The notes beneath the pieces are model-generated. The model saw only the letters and a program-made list of their open reading frames with translations. It was not told the DNA's origin and did no database searches. A DNA stretch of 64,000 nucleotides from Candidatus Latescibacterota bacterium (GTDB lineage: Bacteria; Latescibacterota; UBA2968; UBA8231). Each line of letters begins with the position of its first letter. The stretch's first letter is position 1. Shown in pieces: positions 1 through 10,643 of this stretch. The stretch lies in the NCBI GenBank assembly GCA_965206595.1, contig OZ242214.1, forward strand, positions 3,264,001-3,328,000. Direction: 5' to 3'. A program made the position numbers and the translations under genes.

Positions 1-188
1 ATTGGTGGTACTTGTCCGGCGCCAAGGATGATTCGTGGAAGACCTCGGCGGTGGTTTCCGACTTCTTCTGGCTCCGGTCGACCCAGCCATGATCCCGTTG
101 CCCACCCCCACCATCGATGATGACGCGGTGGTCGCAAAGCAATCCTGGGGGGCGCATCAAGGAAGCGTTCTTGGCTCCTTCAAAATGA
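1..188 (+). CDS. 3' end of an upstream secreted protein with C-terminal SWGxIK tail (partial, frameshifted)
   Basis: Frame 2 reads ...PLPTPTIDDDAVVAKQSWG. Removing one G from the G-run near 147-152 gives RIKEAFLAPSK* (TGA 186-188), the same tail type as the next gene. Confidence 0.45.
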
Positions 189-204
189 AAGGGGTGGAAA
201 TCGA

Positions 205-1617
205 ATGAGCGGAATACGGCACCTCGCGTTCTTACTGGCGTTCCTTGGCCATCCAACCTGGGGGACGGCTCAAGAAACGGAGGATGTCTCCAGAAAGTTG
301 AACCCGGGAGATTTCGTCCCTTTGGAAGTGGGAAACCAGTGGACCTTTTCCCACGAGTATCTGAATGAGATGTATTTCGCCAGAGACAGGCTTTGGCCGG
401 ATATCGTCAATGCCGACCAGGAAGGATACTGGGAACCGTATTTCAAGCAGTTTGAAATCCCTGAATATCCGATGGATGGGGAGTCGGCCCCACCCCATGC
501 CCTACTGCGCCCCGACACGGCGGTTCTTACGGTCGAAATAACGCACACCGAACATATCAATGGGTTTGAGTATTTCGTTTTCTCCGAGCCGTCGTATACC
601 TGGCCGCGGATGCCCAGGTTTTTTTTGGCGGGCGAGAAGGTGCGATTGTCCCAGGAGGGCATCCTGCTTTTTCACCGAAACGGCGAGGACATCCCCTTGT
701 ACGATTTCGGGTGGTTTTCCCTGCAAAGCTACCGAGTAACTCCTGCGTCAGCCTTTGGATACGTCCCCAATGAATGGGGGGTTGACCACATCGAGGTGAA
801 CCCATGGATGAGAGATGAGTTGACCTTCCCGGTGTATCCCTACCACTTGGATGTCGTCAAGCGTCCAAGGTATCAAGATCAGTTTTTGGAAGTCACCTAT
901 CGCTTTGATAATGCGGAGTCTGTGGGTGACCTTGATTGGCTGGTTCAATTTGTGAACGGGTACGGGTTAGGGCGTTTCTTCCGGGAAGAAATCGGGGTCT
1001 CTTCCAGTCCTGTCTATCGGAATGTCCTTACCCCTGTTTCCGCGGTTCAGTCGGGGGAGACGGTGTCGTTTGAGGAAGCCGCGGGAAAGCTGGTGCTTTT
1101 GGTGGATCCCGATCTCCCCCCGGTAGTGGGAGAACGGGATACCCTTTTCCTGCTCGATGGGTTTGACTTCAGCGAAGGCTCCCCCGTCCCCGAATGGGAG
1201 GAAGAAGTCGATCTGGTCCTGTCTCAGCTGACGGACCATGGACAGGCCCGCAGCCCCTTTTCTTTTACCCGATACAAAAGAGGGGCTCATCTGGAGACCG
1301 ATGATTTCGCCCGATTGGTCTCAGAATGGGCCCTCGTCGACCTGCGGCTTTTCGACGAGGGACGGATCGTCCCCAAAGACGGCCACATCTATGCGTTCCA
1401 GACCCAAGAGGGGGGGACGGGTCTGATGCACATTCTGGATATCGTCCTGAGAGCTGATTCCAGCGTCATTTATTACATCCTGTTTGACTGGGTGTACTAT
1501 CCCCCCTCAGATAAACCCACCTCGATCGAATCTACCTCGTGGGGAGCGGTGAAAAACTCGTTTTACCGAGGGAAACATCCCACCGATTCGGCAAAGTCCA
1601 CCGAACACAGGAGATAA
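205..1617 (+). CDS. Secreted hypothetical protein with C-terminal PTSIESTSWGAVK tail
   Basis: 470-aa ORF with a signal-peptide-like N-terminus, a PLEVGNQW motif, a purine-rich RBS upstream and the C-terminal TSWGxxK motif. Confidence 0.75.
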   Translation: MSGIRHLAFLLAFLGHPTWGTAQETEDVSRKLNPGDFVPLEVGNQWTFSHEYLNEMYFARDRLWPDIVNADQEGYWEPYFKQFEIPEYPMDGESAPPHALLRPDTAVLTVEITHTEHINGFEYFVFSEPSYTWPRMPRFFLAGEKVRLSQEGILLFHRNGEDIPLYDFGWFSLQSYRVTPASAFGYVPNEWGVDHIEVNPWMRDELTFPVYPYHLDVVKRPRYQDQFLEVTYRFDNAESVGDLDWLVQFVNGYGLGRFFREEIGVSSSPVYRNVLTPVSAVQSGETVSFEEAAGKLVLLVDPDLPPVVGERDTLFLLDGFDFSEGSPVPEWEEEVDLVLSQLTDHGQARSPFSFTRYKRGAHLETDDFARLVSEWALVDLRLFDEGRIVPKDGHIYAFQTQEGGTGLMHILDIVLRADSSVIYYILFDWVYYPPSDKPTSIESTSWGAVKNSFYRGKHPTDSAKSTEHRR

Positions 1618-1623
1618 TCAAAG

Positions 1624-3363
1624 ATGAAATGGTTGGCTCTTTTCCTTATCGGGCTCAGCACGTCCATTGCTTCGAGTCAGGAGTTCATCTGCGGGTATCA
1701 TCCTCCCGAAGGGTTGGGGGACGGGGCTGTGGGGGCCAGGCAGCATCACGACTTGGCTTTTTTCCGTAATGGTGGCAACAGGACCATTCAGCCGGTGGTT
1801 CTTTTCGGGAAATTCGCGAACAGGACGGCAGATGATCCTTCTTTGACAACGCTTGCGGACCGGGACGGGGTTCGGGATCAGCGCGCCGACAGGTTGCTAA
1901 CTCGTACCCATATCGGCAGCCTTGCCCACTTTATGGATGAGATGTCCTATGGCACTCTGACCTTGGCGCCTCCTCCGGGGGGCATAAATACAACCTGGTT
2001 CGAATCGGACCAGGAAGAGGTTTCCAATTACGTTGGAGATCCCTGTAGTGGCTGGTCCGCAGGAGTGCGGGACTTTGTAGAAGAAGTGATCGGCAACGCC
2101 GACGATGAAATTGACTTCAGCCATGACGCTTTGGACAAAAACGACAATGACATGGTCGACATGGTAATCGCCGTAGTTCCGGCGGCGTTTGGTTCAGAAT
2201 GCGGTCCCAATGGAACGGTCTTTTACGATCTGAATAATGTGACCGAGGATGGGGTCGGCATCGAAACCGTAATCACCACGGATTGGCGGAGAAGCATGCC
2301 TTTTATTTCTGCCGTTTTGGCGCACGAGTATGGCCACATAATGGGCCTGCCCGAGCTCTTTGACCGGGACGATCCGATAGATGCAAACGGAAACAAGACA
2401 ATTGAAGACAGTGAACGAACCAGACAATCTGCCGGTATAGGCAACTGGGGGGTCATGGGAGGTGCCTCGGGCTGGCCGCAAGATGCCCCGCTTGACATGA
2501 CCAGTTCCGGACCAAACCCCTACTCGGTGTGGTCGCGGGCGCATGTAAGATGGGTCACCCCCCGGGTCCTTGATTCCGATGAAGCGGATATCCGGATTTC
2601 GGACATCAACACCTCCTCCACGGGTGCCTACAAGATCCCGATTCCCGGTTCAGACCAGGAATACTTTTTGGTGGAGAATCGGCAGAACACCCATCGTACG
2701 AGGACGGCGACTACCCCGGGCAGTTATTATGACGGCTTGGCCCCGACCCGTGGCTTGGCTATATGGCATATCGACGAGGGCGTAACCAGCTTTAATGCCG
2801 TCAGTAATGAGAAGCACAAGCGCGTCGATTTGGAAAGTGCCGACGGGCTTTTCAGCGACAAGGGGTATGACCCTCGCTCCAGCCATGCGCCTCAAACGCC
2901 TGACACCGAGCTCGGCGGGGACAATCTGGACTTCTCCACCGGAAATGATGACTACGATGGCAGGTACAACGGCAACCGTGGAGATGAATACGATTTATGG
3001 GATGGCAGCTCGAACAGGAGTGCATTCACGCCCCATACCAACCCTTCCTCGGATGGGCATGAGCCCCCCGCCAATCGACATGGCCGTCGAAAAGACAATC
3101 AGAATGCCTTTACGGGAGTTTACATAGAAAACATCAGTACGGTTACGGGGCAAGCAGGGGTGATGGAGTTTGATGTGCGCTTTGCACCGCTGGCTCCCAA
3201 TTCCCTGGATGCGGCGATCGGCGAGGGTCGCGTAGAGCTCACCTGGGAAGCGCCTGATAACAACCATGCCACGATTGCCTCGTATAACTGGACTTTTGCA
3301 AACTCCGCTTTTTTACTAAAGTTTGAGATGTGCGACAATTCGCTGCTCTGTCCACCCTATTGA
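1624..3363 (+). pseudogene. N-terminal part of IS-interrupted M6 (immune inhibitor A-like) metalloprotease-FN3-cadherin protein
   Basis: Signal peptide, AHEYGHIMGLPELFD zinc motif, GNWGVMG, EYFLVENRQ and GLAIWHIDE (all M6 family). The native sequence stops at 3287; the rest of the ORF reads into the IS. Confidence 0.85.
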
Positions 3364-4667
3364 GGCTTGGTCCACTACCCAGGAGATGGTTTTGCTGAGC
3401 GTCTCTCGCGACACGGCTCGACAGGCTTCGCCAATGGTCGTCAGCACGGTATGAGCCCAGTCACGCGCACGGCCCTGCCGCATCCGTGCCATGAGCAGAC
3501 TGTGCGTCAGCATCACGAGGTACATATGCCGGGTCTGGCCCTCGCCGCTGCGTAACTGACAGTCTCCCATGCCCAGATGGTGCTTGCCGTCCCGATGAAA
3601 AGTCTCGGTGCCCGTCCAGCGTTTGCGATAAACATTCAGAATACGACTGATCTCCCAGTGCACGCGATTGGTCAGTAGAAACTTGACCGCTTCCCTGCCG
3701 TTCTTGCGATCCCACAGGATCACCAGGCGAACCCGGTGCTCGAGCTTGGGCAGACTCAGGGTTTTGGTGAAATACCATTGTTTGCGCTTGCCGATGCTGA
3801 CCTGTTTGCGATCCTCGGGCGGGATATTCGCAGCCACTTCCGCGGCCTTCATCAGGCCGCCCTTGAACTCGACCTTGCGGTTGCTCTTCAGGGCTCCTAC
3901 GTAGCCGCGCTCATGACTATGGAGGTGATCGAGACACTCGACACTGCTGAAGTAGCAGTCGAAGGCGAAATCGCCCGGGATCTGTCGGAACACGACCCAG
4001 TCCACCAGCTCTTTGAACAGCTCGGTATGGCTCTTGAAGGAGGGGTCCGTCTCCCCTTCCCGGCCCTTGCGAAAGCGACGGAATTCCAACGGATAGTATT
4101 TCCCCGAGGTGCACACGTAGTTGGCGATGACGTAGTCGTGCGCAATCATATGGCGCTTGTCCGAGTGATCCCAAAACCACCCCACATCCTCGATCTTTTC
4201 TCCGCTGTGGCCGACCAAGGTGTTGTCGATGGCGATCACCCCGCGCCCTGAATAGCGCGTCGAAGGGTGCTCCTGCAACCATTCCAGGCGATGTTCGTTG
4301 AGCCATTTTCCGTCCCACCGCACCTGCGTAATCCAGCGGTTCAGGCAGGACTGATCGGTGGTCTCGACGAACTCGGCGTTGATCGCCGATACATTTTTGC
4401 GTTCGGCCACCATCAACCCGGTTAGATACTCGCCAAAGTGACGGCGCTCCGGGGCGTTGGCGAAGAGGCCGCCGAACTCGGCCACCGCTTCTTCAACCAC
4501 CGTGGGAAAATCAACAATACCTGGCATGAACAACCTCTCTCATGGCCAGGGGAAACCGAGGCCGGGGATGCCTTCGTCCTACCAAACATACCAAGTTCCA
4601 TCGAATTCGTGCTACCCTCTAATCCTTGACCGATTATCCAGGAATTCTGCCTTTTGCAAAAGTCCAG
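3288..4667 (-). mobile_element. Insertion sequence, IS701-like, 1380 bp
   Basis: Perfect 15-bp terminal inverted repeats CTGGACTTTTGCAAA (3288-3302) and TTTGCAAAAGTCCAG (4653-4667), flanked by the direct repeat GTATAA (3282-3287 and 4668-4673). It carries a single DDE transposase. Confidence 0.92.
3316..4533 (-). CDS. DDE transposase (IS701-like)
   Basis: 405 aa with IAIDNTL..GEKIEDVG, FAFDCYF and YRKRWTGTETFHRDGKHHLGMGDCQLRS motifs, lying inside the IRs. Confidence 0.88.
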   Translation of the reverse strand: MFMPGIVDFPTVVEEAVAEFGGLFANAPERRHFGEYLTGLMVAERKNVSAINAEFVETTDQSCLNRWITQVRWDGKWLNEHRLEWLQEHPSTRYSGRGVIAIDNTLVGHSGEKIEDVGWFWDHSDKRHMIAHDYVIANYVCTSGKYYPLEFRRFRKGREGETDPSFKSHTELFKELVDWVVFRQIPGDFAFDCYFSSVECLDHLHSHERGYVGALKSNRKVEFKGGLMKAAEVAANIPPEDRKQVSIGKRKQWYFTKTLSLPKLEHRVRLVILWDRKNGREAVKFLLTNRVHWEISRILNVYRKRWTGTETFHRDGKHHLGMGDCQLRSGEGQTRHMYLVMLTHSLLMARMRQGRARDWAHTVLTTIGEACRAVSRETLSKTISWVVDQASIGWTEQRIVAHLKL

Positions 4668-7600
4668 GTATAAAGTGCGTTATCGTCTGAGTTCGGCCTC
4701 GACCTGGACCGACGAACCCTTGAAGGCCTCCTCGGCGAGAACCCATACCGTGACCGGGCTGAGCAACGACAGTGAATACACCTTTGAGGTATTGGCCGTC
4801 GGCTCTGCCCTGGGAACCCAAGCGGGTAAAGAAGGAGAGCCCGCCAGTATTACGGCAACGCCCATGTCGGGTCTTGCCGGGCCTGCGGCCGTCGAGTTCC
4901 CCGAGGTTTTTGATAATGCTTCGGACTGGGAAAGTTTCGTTGGGAGATATGAAAAAAGCGGCTCGTATGATTGGACGCTGGCAGGGCTCGATTCCTCCCA
5001 GTTTGAGCTCACCGGGACTTCGGGCGGGTTTCGCCAGCTGCATTTTCTGAATCCACCCGATCATGAGTCTCCGACCGACGCACCGGAAGGCGACGATACC
5101 GAGGGGGACAATGTCTACAAAGTAACGGTGCAGGCCAGGCCCTCGGGTCCTTCCGGGGCCGCCAGTGGTTCTCGCTTCATGCTGCCCGTCACCGTGGAAG
5201 TGACCGACGAGGATGATCCTGGCAAGGTGACGGTTGCCCCGACCATAGCTCGCGGCGAGGGTCCCCCGCGAGTGGGCGAAGAATGGACTGCGACGGTGAC
5301 CGATGACGATGGAAGCACCGTTTCCAGCTGGGCATGGTCACATTTTTCCGAGTTTATAGATGATCTACCGGAATCGATTTCCGGTGCCACCGAATCCACG
5401 TACACGCCGGAGGTTGAGGATATAGGCCAGCGGCTTATAGCAAGTGCCTCGTATACCGACGGCTTTGACCCAAACAACATCAAACCCGCCAAAGAATCTC
5501 CGCCCACCGGGGCGGTGGTGGCGAATGTGCCGTCGGCGCCGGGCAACCTGCAGGTGACCCCCGGCCACGGTGAGGTGACCCTGGATTGGGTCACGGCGGC
5601 CGACAACGGTTCGGCGCTGACGCGGTATGACTACCGGCAGAGCACGGACGGGGGGACCACCTGGGACCCGGACTGGAAGGAGATTCCCCTGCCCGACAAC
5701 ACGGCGGCGGCCGACCTCGAGGAGCATACGGTCGAAAGGCTTACCGACGGCCAGGAATACACCTTCGAGGTGCGTGCGGTCAACGCGATAGGGGATGGGG
5801 CCGCCTCGCAGGTATCCCTGCCGGCGGCGCCGGGGAATTTCGGTGCGCGATGGGTTCTCGAGGGGGCCGATGCTTTCGGGCACCACGAGGCGAAGCTGAG
5901 TTGGACCGACCCGAGTGACCCCAACATCAGCTGGGAATACCGGAAGAAGGAGGGCACCTCGGATTGGGAAACTGCCTGGACGACGGTGTCGGACGAGGAT
6001 CCGACGGGCGTCTCGGTTGTGCAGACGGTGGACGGCCTCGACATCACGCAGCCGTACCGGTTCCAGGTGCGGGTCCGTCAACCTGCGGGTTGGCCGGCGG
6101 AGGCGGGGCTGTCCCCGTTGCCGGTTTTTACGCAGCCGCTGTCGGTGAAGGCCCGAAGCGGGGCCGGCAAGGCGCAATTCGACCTGGTGTTTTCTCCCCC
6201 GGTGGACGGTCCGGACCTTCCGGATGATGCGCAGCAGGTTTCGTCGGCCAACCTCCGGTATCAGCTGGTGACGATCAGCGCGACGGGGGTCACGACGACC
6301 AGCGATTTCGTAGACCTGGCCCATTTTTCTCTGCTTCTGCCTGCCGGGGCGAGCCTGGTATCGACTTTTTCGGCAACCGACCTTGCGCCGGTGGAGGGGT
6401 TGGCCGGGGGCGCGTCGGAGACTCAAGCCGCCGCTTTCCGGCAGGCGGCGACGCTGCGAATCACGGGCCTGGACCCGGGCGTGACCTACCAAATCAAGAT
6501 GCGTCTGGTCGCTTCGGACGGGGCGACGATTTCGGAGTCGACTTCGGGTTTGGTTCTGGGTCTTCGCTGGCAGCGACCGACCGCCGGGTCGGTGGAGTTG
6601 ACCTGGACGGATCCGGACGATCCGGTTATCAGGGGCTGGCAGTATCGTCAGCAGGCGGGCAGCGGGTCTTGGGGTCTTTGGCAGAGCGTGCCCAACAGCA
6701 CGGCGTCGACGACGAGTCATACGGTGTCCAGCCTGGACGCGGAGGAGACCTACCGGTTTCAGGTAGGCGCGATCGGTCCGGGGGGTCTGGTTGCCGAATC
6801 GTTCACGGTGTCGGCGGCTCCGAAGCCTTTGGTGGCGCCGGGCACCCTGCGGGCGGACCCCGGCCACGCGTCGATGACGTTGCGTTGGGACGACGCGAAC
6901 AATGCCCGCATCACCGGGTGGCAGTATCGGCAGCGGCAGGCCGGAGAGGATTGGGGAGCGTGGCAGCCGGTCCCGAACAGCACGGCGTCGACGACCTCGT
7001 ATACGGTGACGGGCCTGACCAACGGGGTGAGCTACCGGTTCCGGGTGCGGGCCTTGGCCGGGTCCCGGGAGGGTCCCTTCGGGAAGTCGGTGGGAGGTCC
7101 GCCCAACGGCTTGCGTGCCCAGGCGTTGAACGGCGCGGTGGAGCTGGTCTGGGCGGACCCGTCCGATTCCCGAATCGCGGGGTGGCAGTATCGGGTGCGC
7201 GAGCGTCAGGACAGCTGGGGCAGCTGGAGTGGGTGGCAGCCGATCCCGGGCAGCACGGCGTCGACGACCTCGTATACGGTGCCGGACCTGACCAACGGGG
7301 TGAGCTACCGGTTCCGGGTTCGGGGGGTGGCCTCGAATGGCCGGGTGGTGCTGGCCTGGCCGATGGTGGAGACGAGTCCGGATGCGTCGCTCGGGGTCCC
7401 GCCGGCGGTTCCGGGGACCAACGGTCCGCCGGAGATCACGAGCGGTCCTTCGGCGGTATCGTTTGCCGAGAACGGCGCCGGCGTGGTGGCCACGTATGCG
7501 GGCACCGATCCGGACAACGATGCGCTCATCTGGACGCTGGGCGGCGCCGATGCGGACACGATGCGGCTGGATGCGTCGGGTCGGCTTTTTTTCCGGGCGC

Positions 7601-9057
7601 CGCCGCCGGATTTCGAGTCTCCGGGGGACGCGAACGGCGACAAGATCTACGAGATGACGGTGTCGCTCAGCGACGGCCGCCCGGACGCGGCGGCCGACAC
7701 CACGGTGTCGGTGCGGGTGCGTGTGACCGACGTCAACGAGGCGCCGGTGGTGTCGGGAGTCAGCGACACCACGTTTGCCGAGAAGGGCTCGGGGGTGGTG
7801 GTCACGTATGCGGCCACCGATCCGGAAGGCACTCCCATCACGTGGACGCTGGGCGGCGCCGATGCGGACACGATGCGGCTGGATGCGTCGGGTCGGCTGC
7901 GTTTCCGGGCGCCGCCGCCGGATTTCGAGGATCCGGGGGACGCGAACGTCGACACCGTCTATGAGGTGACGGTGACGGCCGGCGACGGGTCGCTGTCGTC
8001 GCCCCCGTTTCCGGTCAGGGTGCGTCTGACCAACATCGACGAGCCGGGCAGGGTGATCCTGCCTGCGAGTCCTCAGGAGGGTCTGGCGTTTACGGCGGCC
8101 CTGACCGACCCGGACGGGGACGTGAGTGCGGAGCACGAGGAGGGGAATCCCGACGACGGGAACCGCGACGGGTGGGTGTTCGAGCGTCGGCGGCCGGCCG
8201 CGGGCGAGTCGTGGCAGCTCATCGCGGCCCCGGGTGGGGCTTCGGGGGCGGTGTCGACCTTGCCGGAGCTGAAGAGCTACACGCCGACGGCGGCCGATGT
8301 CGGTCACCTGCTGCGGGCGCGGGTGAGCTACCGGGACGGTCACGGTCCGAACAAGAACGCGCAGAGCGAGCCCACCGGGCCGGTGACGGCCCGGCCGCCG
8401 CCGCCGCCCGAGGCGCCGGTGGTGTCGGGAGTCAGCGACACCACGTTTGCCGAGAAGGGCGCCGGCGTGGTGGCGACCTATACGGCCACCGCCCCGGAAG
8501 GCACTCCCATCACGTGGTTGCTGGGCGGCGCCGATGCGGACACGATGCGGCTGGATGCGTCGGGTCGGCTGCGTTTCCGGGCGCCGCCGGATTACGAGTC
8601 ACCGGGGGACGCGAACGTCGACACCGTCTATGAGGTGACGGTGACGGCCGGCGACGGGTCGCTGTCGTCGCCCCCGTTTCCGGTCAGGGTGCGTCTGACC
8701 AACGTCGACGAGCCGGGCAGGGTGATCCTGCCTGCGAGTCCTCAGGAGGGTCTGGCGTTTACGGCGACCCTGACCGACCCGGACGGGGATGTGAGTGCGC
8801 GGCACGAGGAGGGGAACCCCGACGACGGGGACGGCGACGGGTGGGTGTTCGAGCGTCGGCGGCCGGCCGCGGGCGAGTCGTGGCAGCTCATCGCGGCCCC
8901 GGGTGGGGCTTCGGGGGCGGTGTCCCTTTTGCCGGAACTGAAGAGCTACACGCCCACGGCGGCGGATGTCGGTCGGTCCGAACCCCGCACTTCCCGATAT
9001 ACTCGGAGGTGCGACATCTGCTGCGCGTGTGGCCTGGGTGCCAGCGAAAGCACGTGA
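4654..9057 (+). pseudogene. C-terminal part of the interrupted gene: multiple FN3 and cadherin-like domains, apparently 3'-truncated
   Basis: FN3 repeats (GWQYRQ..VPNSTASTTSYTVTGLTNGVSYRFRVRA) and cadherin-like repeats (PPDFESPGDANGDKIYEMTV, TDVNEAP). It is in frame with 1624 once the IS and one TSD copy are removed. Confidence 0.85.
7738..8974 (+). repeat. Near-identical intragenic tandem duplication (~565 bp, period ~670 bp)
   Basis: 7738-8305 matches 8410-8974 almost base for base (both start GAGGCGCCGGTGGTGTCGGGAGTCAGCGACACCACG). A partial third copy lies at ~7460-7640. Confidence 0.9.
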
Positions 9058-9117
9058 CCGGTGGAGCTCCAAGCCGTGCTGAATCAATGAAAGAACCGGA
9101 TAGAGGGGGGAAATGGC

Positions 9118-9377
9118 ATGGCAAATCCTGAACGAGTCGAGCAACGCCCGACGGGGCCGCTTCCAAGGATTTCTCGCTGAGCACGGTACTCGGGGGGATC
9201 GTCACCGCCGTCTCCCTGGCCGAGGTCAACGAGTACGTTCCCACGGTAACCCTGCGCACCCTGGCACGAGACCTGGAGTACCTGGCCCTCGCCATCGGCG
9301 GCCTCGCTTTGGCGGTGATTCCGATCTGTTTGCTGATCTGTGTGGTGCGGCTCTGGCGTGCTGAAAGGAAAAGATGA
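9118..9377 (+). CDS. Small membrane protein (frameshifted near 5' end)
   Basis: The frame ending at TGA 9375-9377 encodes two hydrophobic segments (LSTVLGGIVTAVSL; LALAIGGLALAVIPICLLICVV). The ATG with RBS at 9118 is in another frame. Confidence 0.4.
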
Positions 9378-9480
9378 ACGACGAGGCTACGCGCTCGCTT
9401 TCTTCGCCCTGTCGAGGGTTATTGGAGGAACGAGCGCGAAGAGGTGCGCTTTCCATGCCGTCCCCCAGGAGGATAATGCC

Positions 9481-10623
9481 ATGAGACGACTGTTTTTGGT
9501 TGTGCTCGCATTGCCGTGGCTGCTTTCGTGCTCGGACGAAAGCAAGGTGGTCAACAACCCTGACAATCAGGGCGCCAAGCGCGACAGCAGCAGCCTGACC
9601 TGGAGCGATCCGGTGGCAGCGATCGACAACCACGCCGAACGCCGGGAACGAGCTGCCCCATTGGCGGCGCTGTACAAGGCGACCGAGGGGAAGAATTGGA
9701 AGAAAAAAACCAACTGGCTGAACTACGACGTGCCGCTGGGTGAATGGTACGGCGTCGAGACGGACCGCGACGGCCGCGTCATCGGGCTGGATCTCAGCTA
9801 CAACAATTTGGAGGGTTCCCTCCCGCCCGAACTGGGCCAGCTGACCAATCTGCGATCGCTGGATCTCAGCAGCGGTAGGCATTTGTTCGGTTCCATCCCG
9901 CCCGAACTGGGCCAGTTGACCAACCTGGAAAGGCTGGATCTCCACAACAATGGGTTGGGTTGGGCGGGGACTCTGAGGGCGGCCGCCATCCCGCGCGAAC
10001 TGGGCCAACTGGCCAACTTGAAAGTGCTGGATCTCAGTTGGAACGAGTTGGGCCATTCCCTCCCGCCCGAACTGGGACAAATGACCAACCTGGAAGGGCT
10101 GGTTCTCCGCGCCAACGAATTGAGCGGTTCCATCCCGGCCGAACTGGGTCAGCTGACCCACCTGAAAGGGCTGTTTCTTTACGCCAACGACTTGGGTGGC
10201 TCAATCCCGCCCGAACTGGGCCAGCTGACCAATCTGCGATCCCTGTACCTCGACGCCAACGACTTGAGCGGTCCCATCCCGCCCGAACTGGGCCAGCTGA
10301 CCAATCTGCGATCCCTGTACCTCGACGGGAACGGCTTGAGCGGTTCGATCCCGCCCGAACTGGGCCGGTTGACCAACCTGCTAGGGCTGTATCTCAACGA
10401 CAACCAGTTGAGCGGTCCCATCCCGTCCGAACTAAACCAGTTGACCAACCTGATCGAGCTGAACCTCCGCCGCAACAACGAGTTGAGCGGTTGTGTCCCC
10501 GCCTCGCTGAGTGGGATCGAATACAAAGGGGATTTGCCGTTTTGTAGTGACGAAACTACGGCAGGAACCGCGACCGAGGCCCGTTCCGAATCAGGGAAAA
10601 ACGGGACAATCGCGATATTCTGA
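9481..10623 (+). CDS. Leucine-rich-repeat lipoprotein (plant-type 24-aa LRR)
   Basis: GGAGG RBS, then MRRLFLVVLALPWLLSC lipobox; an LRR N-cap (LAALYKATEG..W..WYGV); about 9-10 LxGxIPPELGQLTNLxxLxLxxN repeats with 72-bp DNA periodicity. Confidence 0.9.
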   Translation: MRRLFLVVLALPWLLSCSDESKVVNNPDNQGAKRDSSSLTWSDPVAAIDNHAERRERAAPLAALYKATEGKNWKKKTNWLNYDVPLGEWYGVETDRDGRVIGLDLSYNNLEGSLPPELGQLTNLRSLDLSSGRHLFGSIPPELGQLTNLERLDLHNNGLGWAGTLRAAAIPRELGQLANLKVLDLSWNELGHSLPPELGQMTNLEGLVLRANELSGSIPAELGQLTHLKGLFLYANDLGGSIPPELGQLTNLRSLYLDANDLSGPIPPELGQLTNLRSLYLDGNGLSGSIPPELGRLTNLLGLYLNDNQLSGPIPSELNQLTNLIELNLRRNNELSGCVPASLSGIEYKGDLPFCSDETTAGTATEARSESGKNGTIAIF

Positions 10624-10643
10624 CACGAAACGAAAGGGATACC

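Noticed and set aside
5365-8343. 992-aa minus-strand ORF
   Set aside because: Arg/His/Pro-rich antisense shadow of the GC-rich repeat gene, with no domain motifs.
6600-10450. Regularly spaced DNA repeats resembling a CRISPR array or a DGR template/variable pair
   Set aside because: The repeats are in-frame coding units (FN3, cadherin, 72-bp LRR) without unique spacers. Differences are not confined to adenines, and no cas or reverse transcriptase gene is present.
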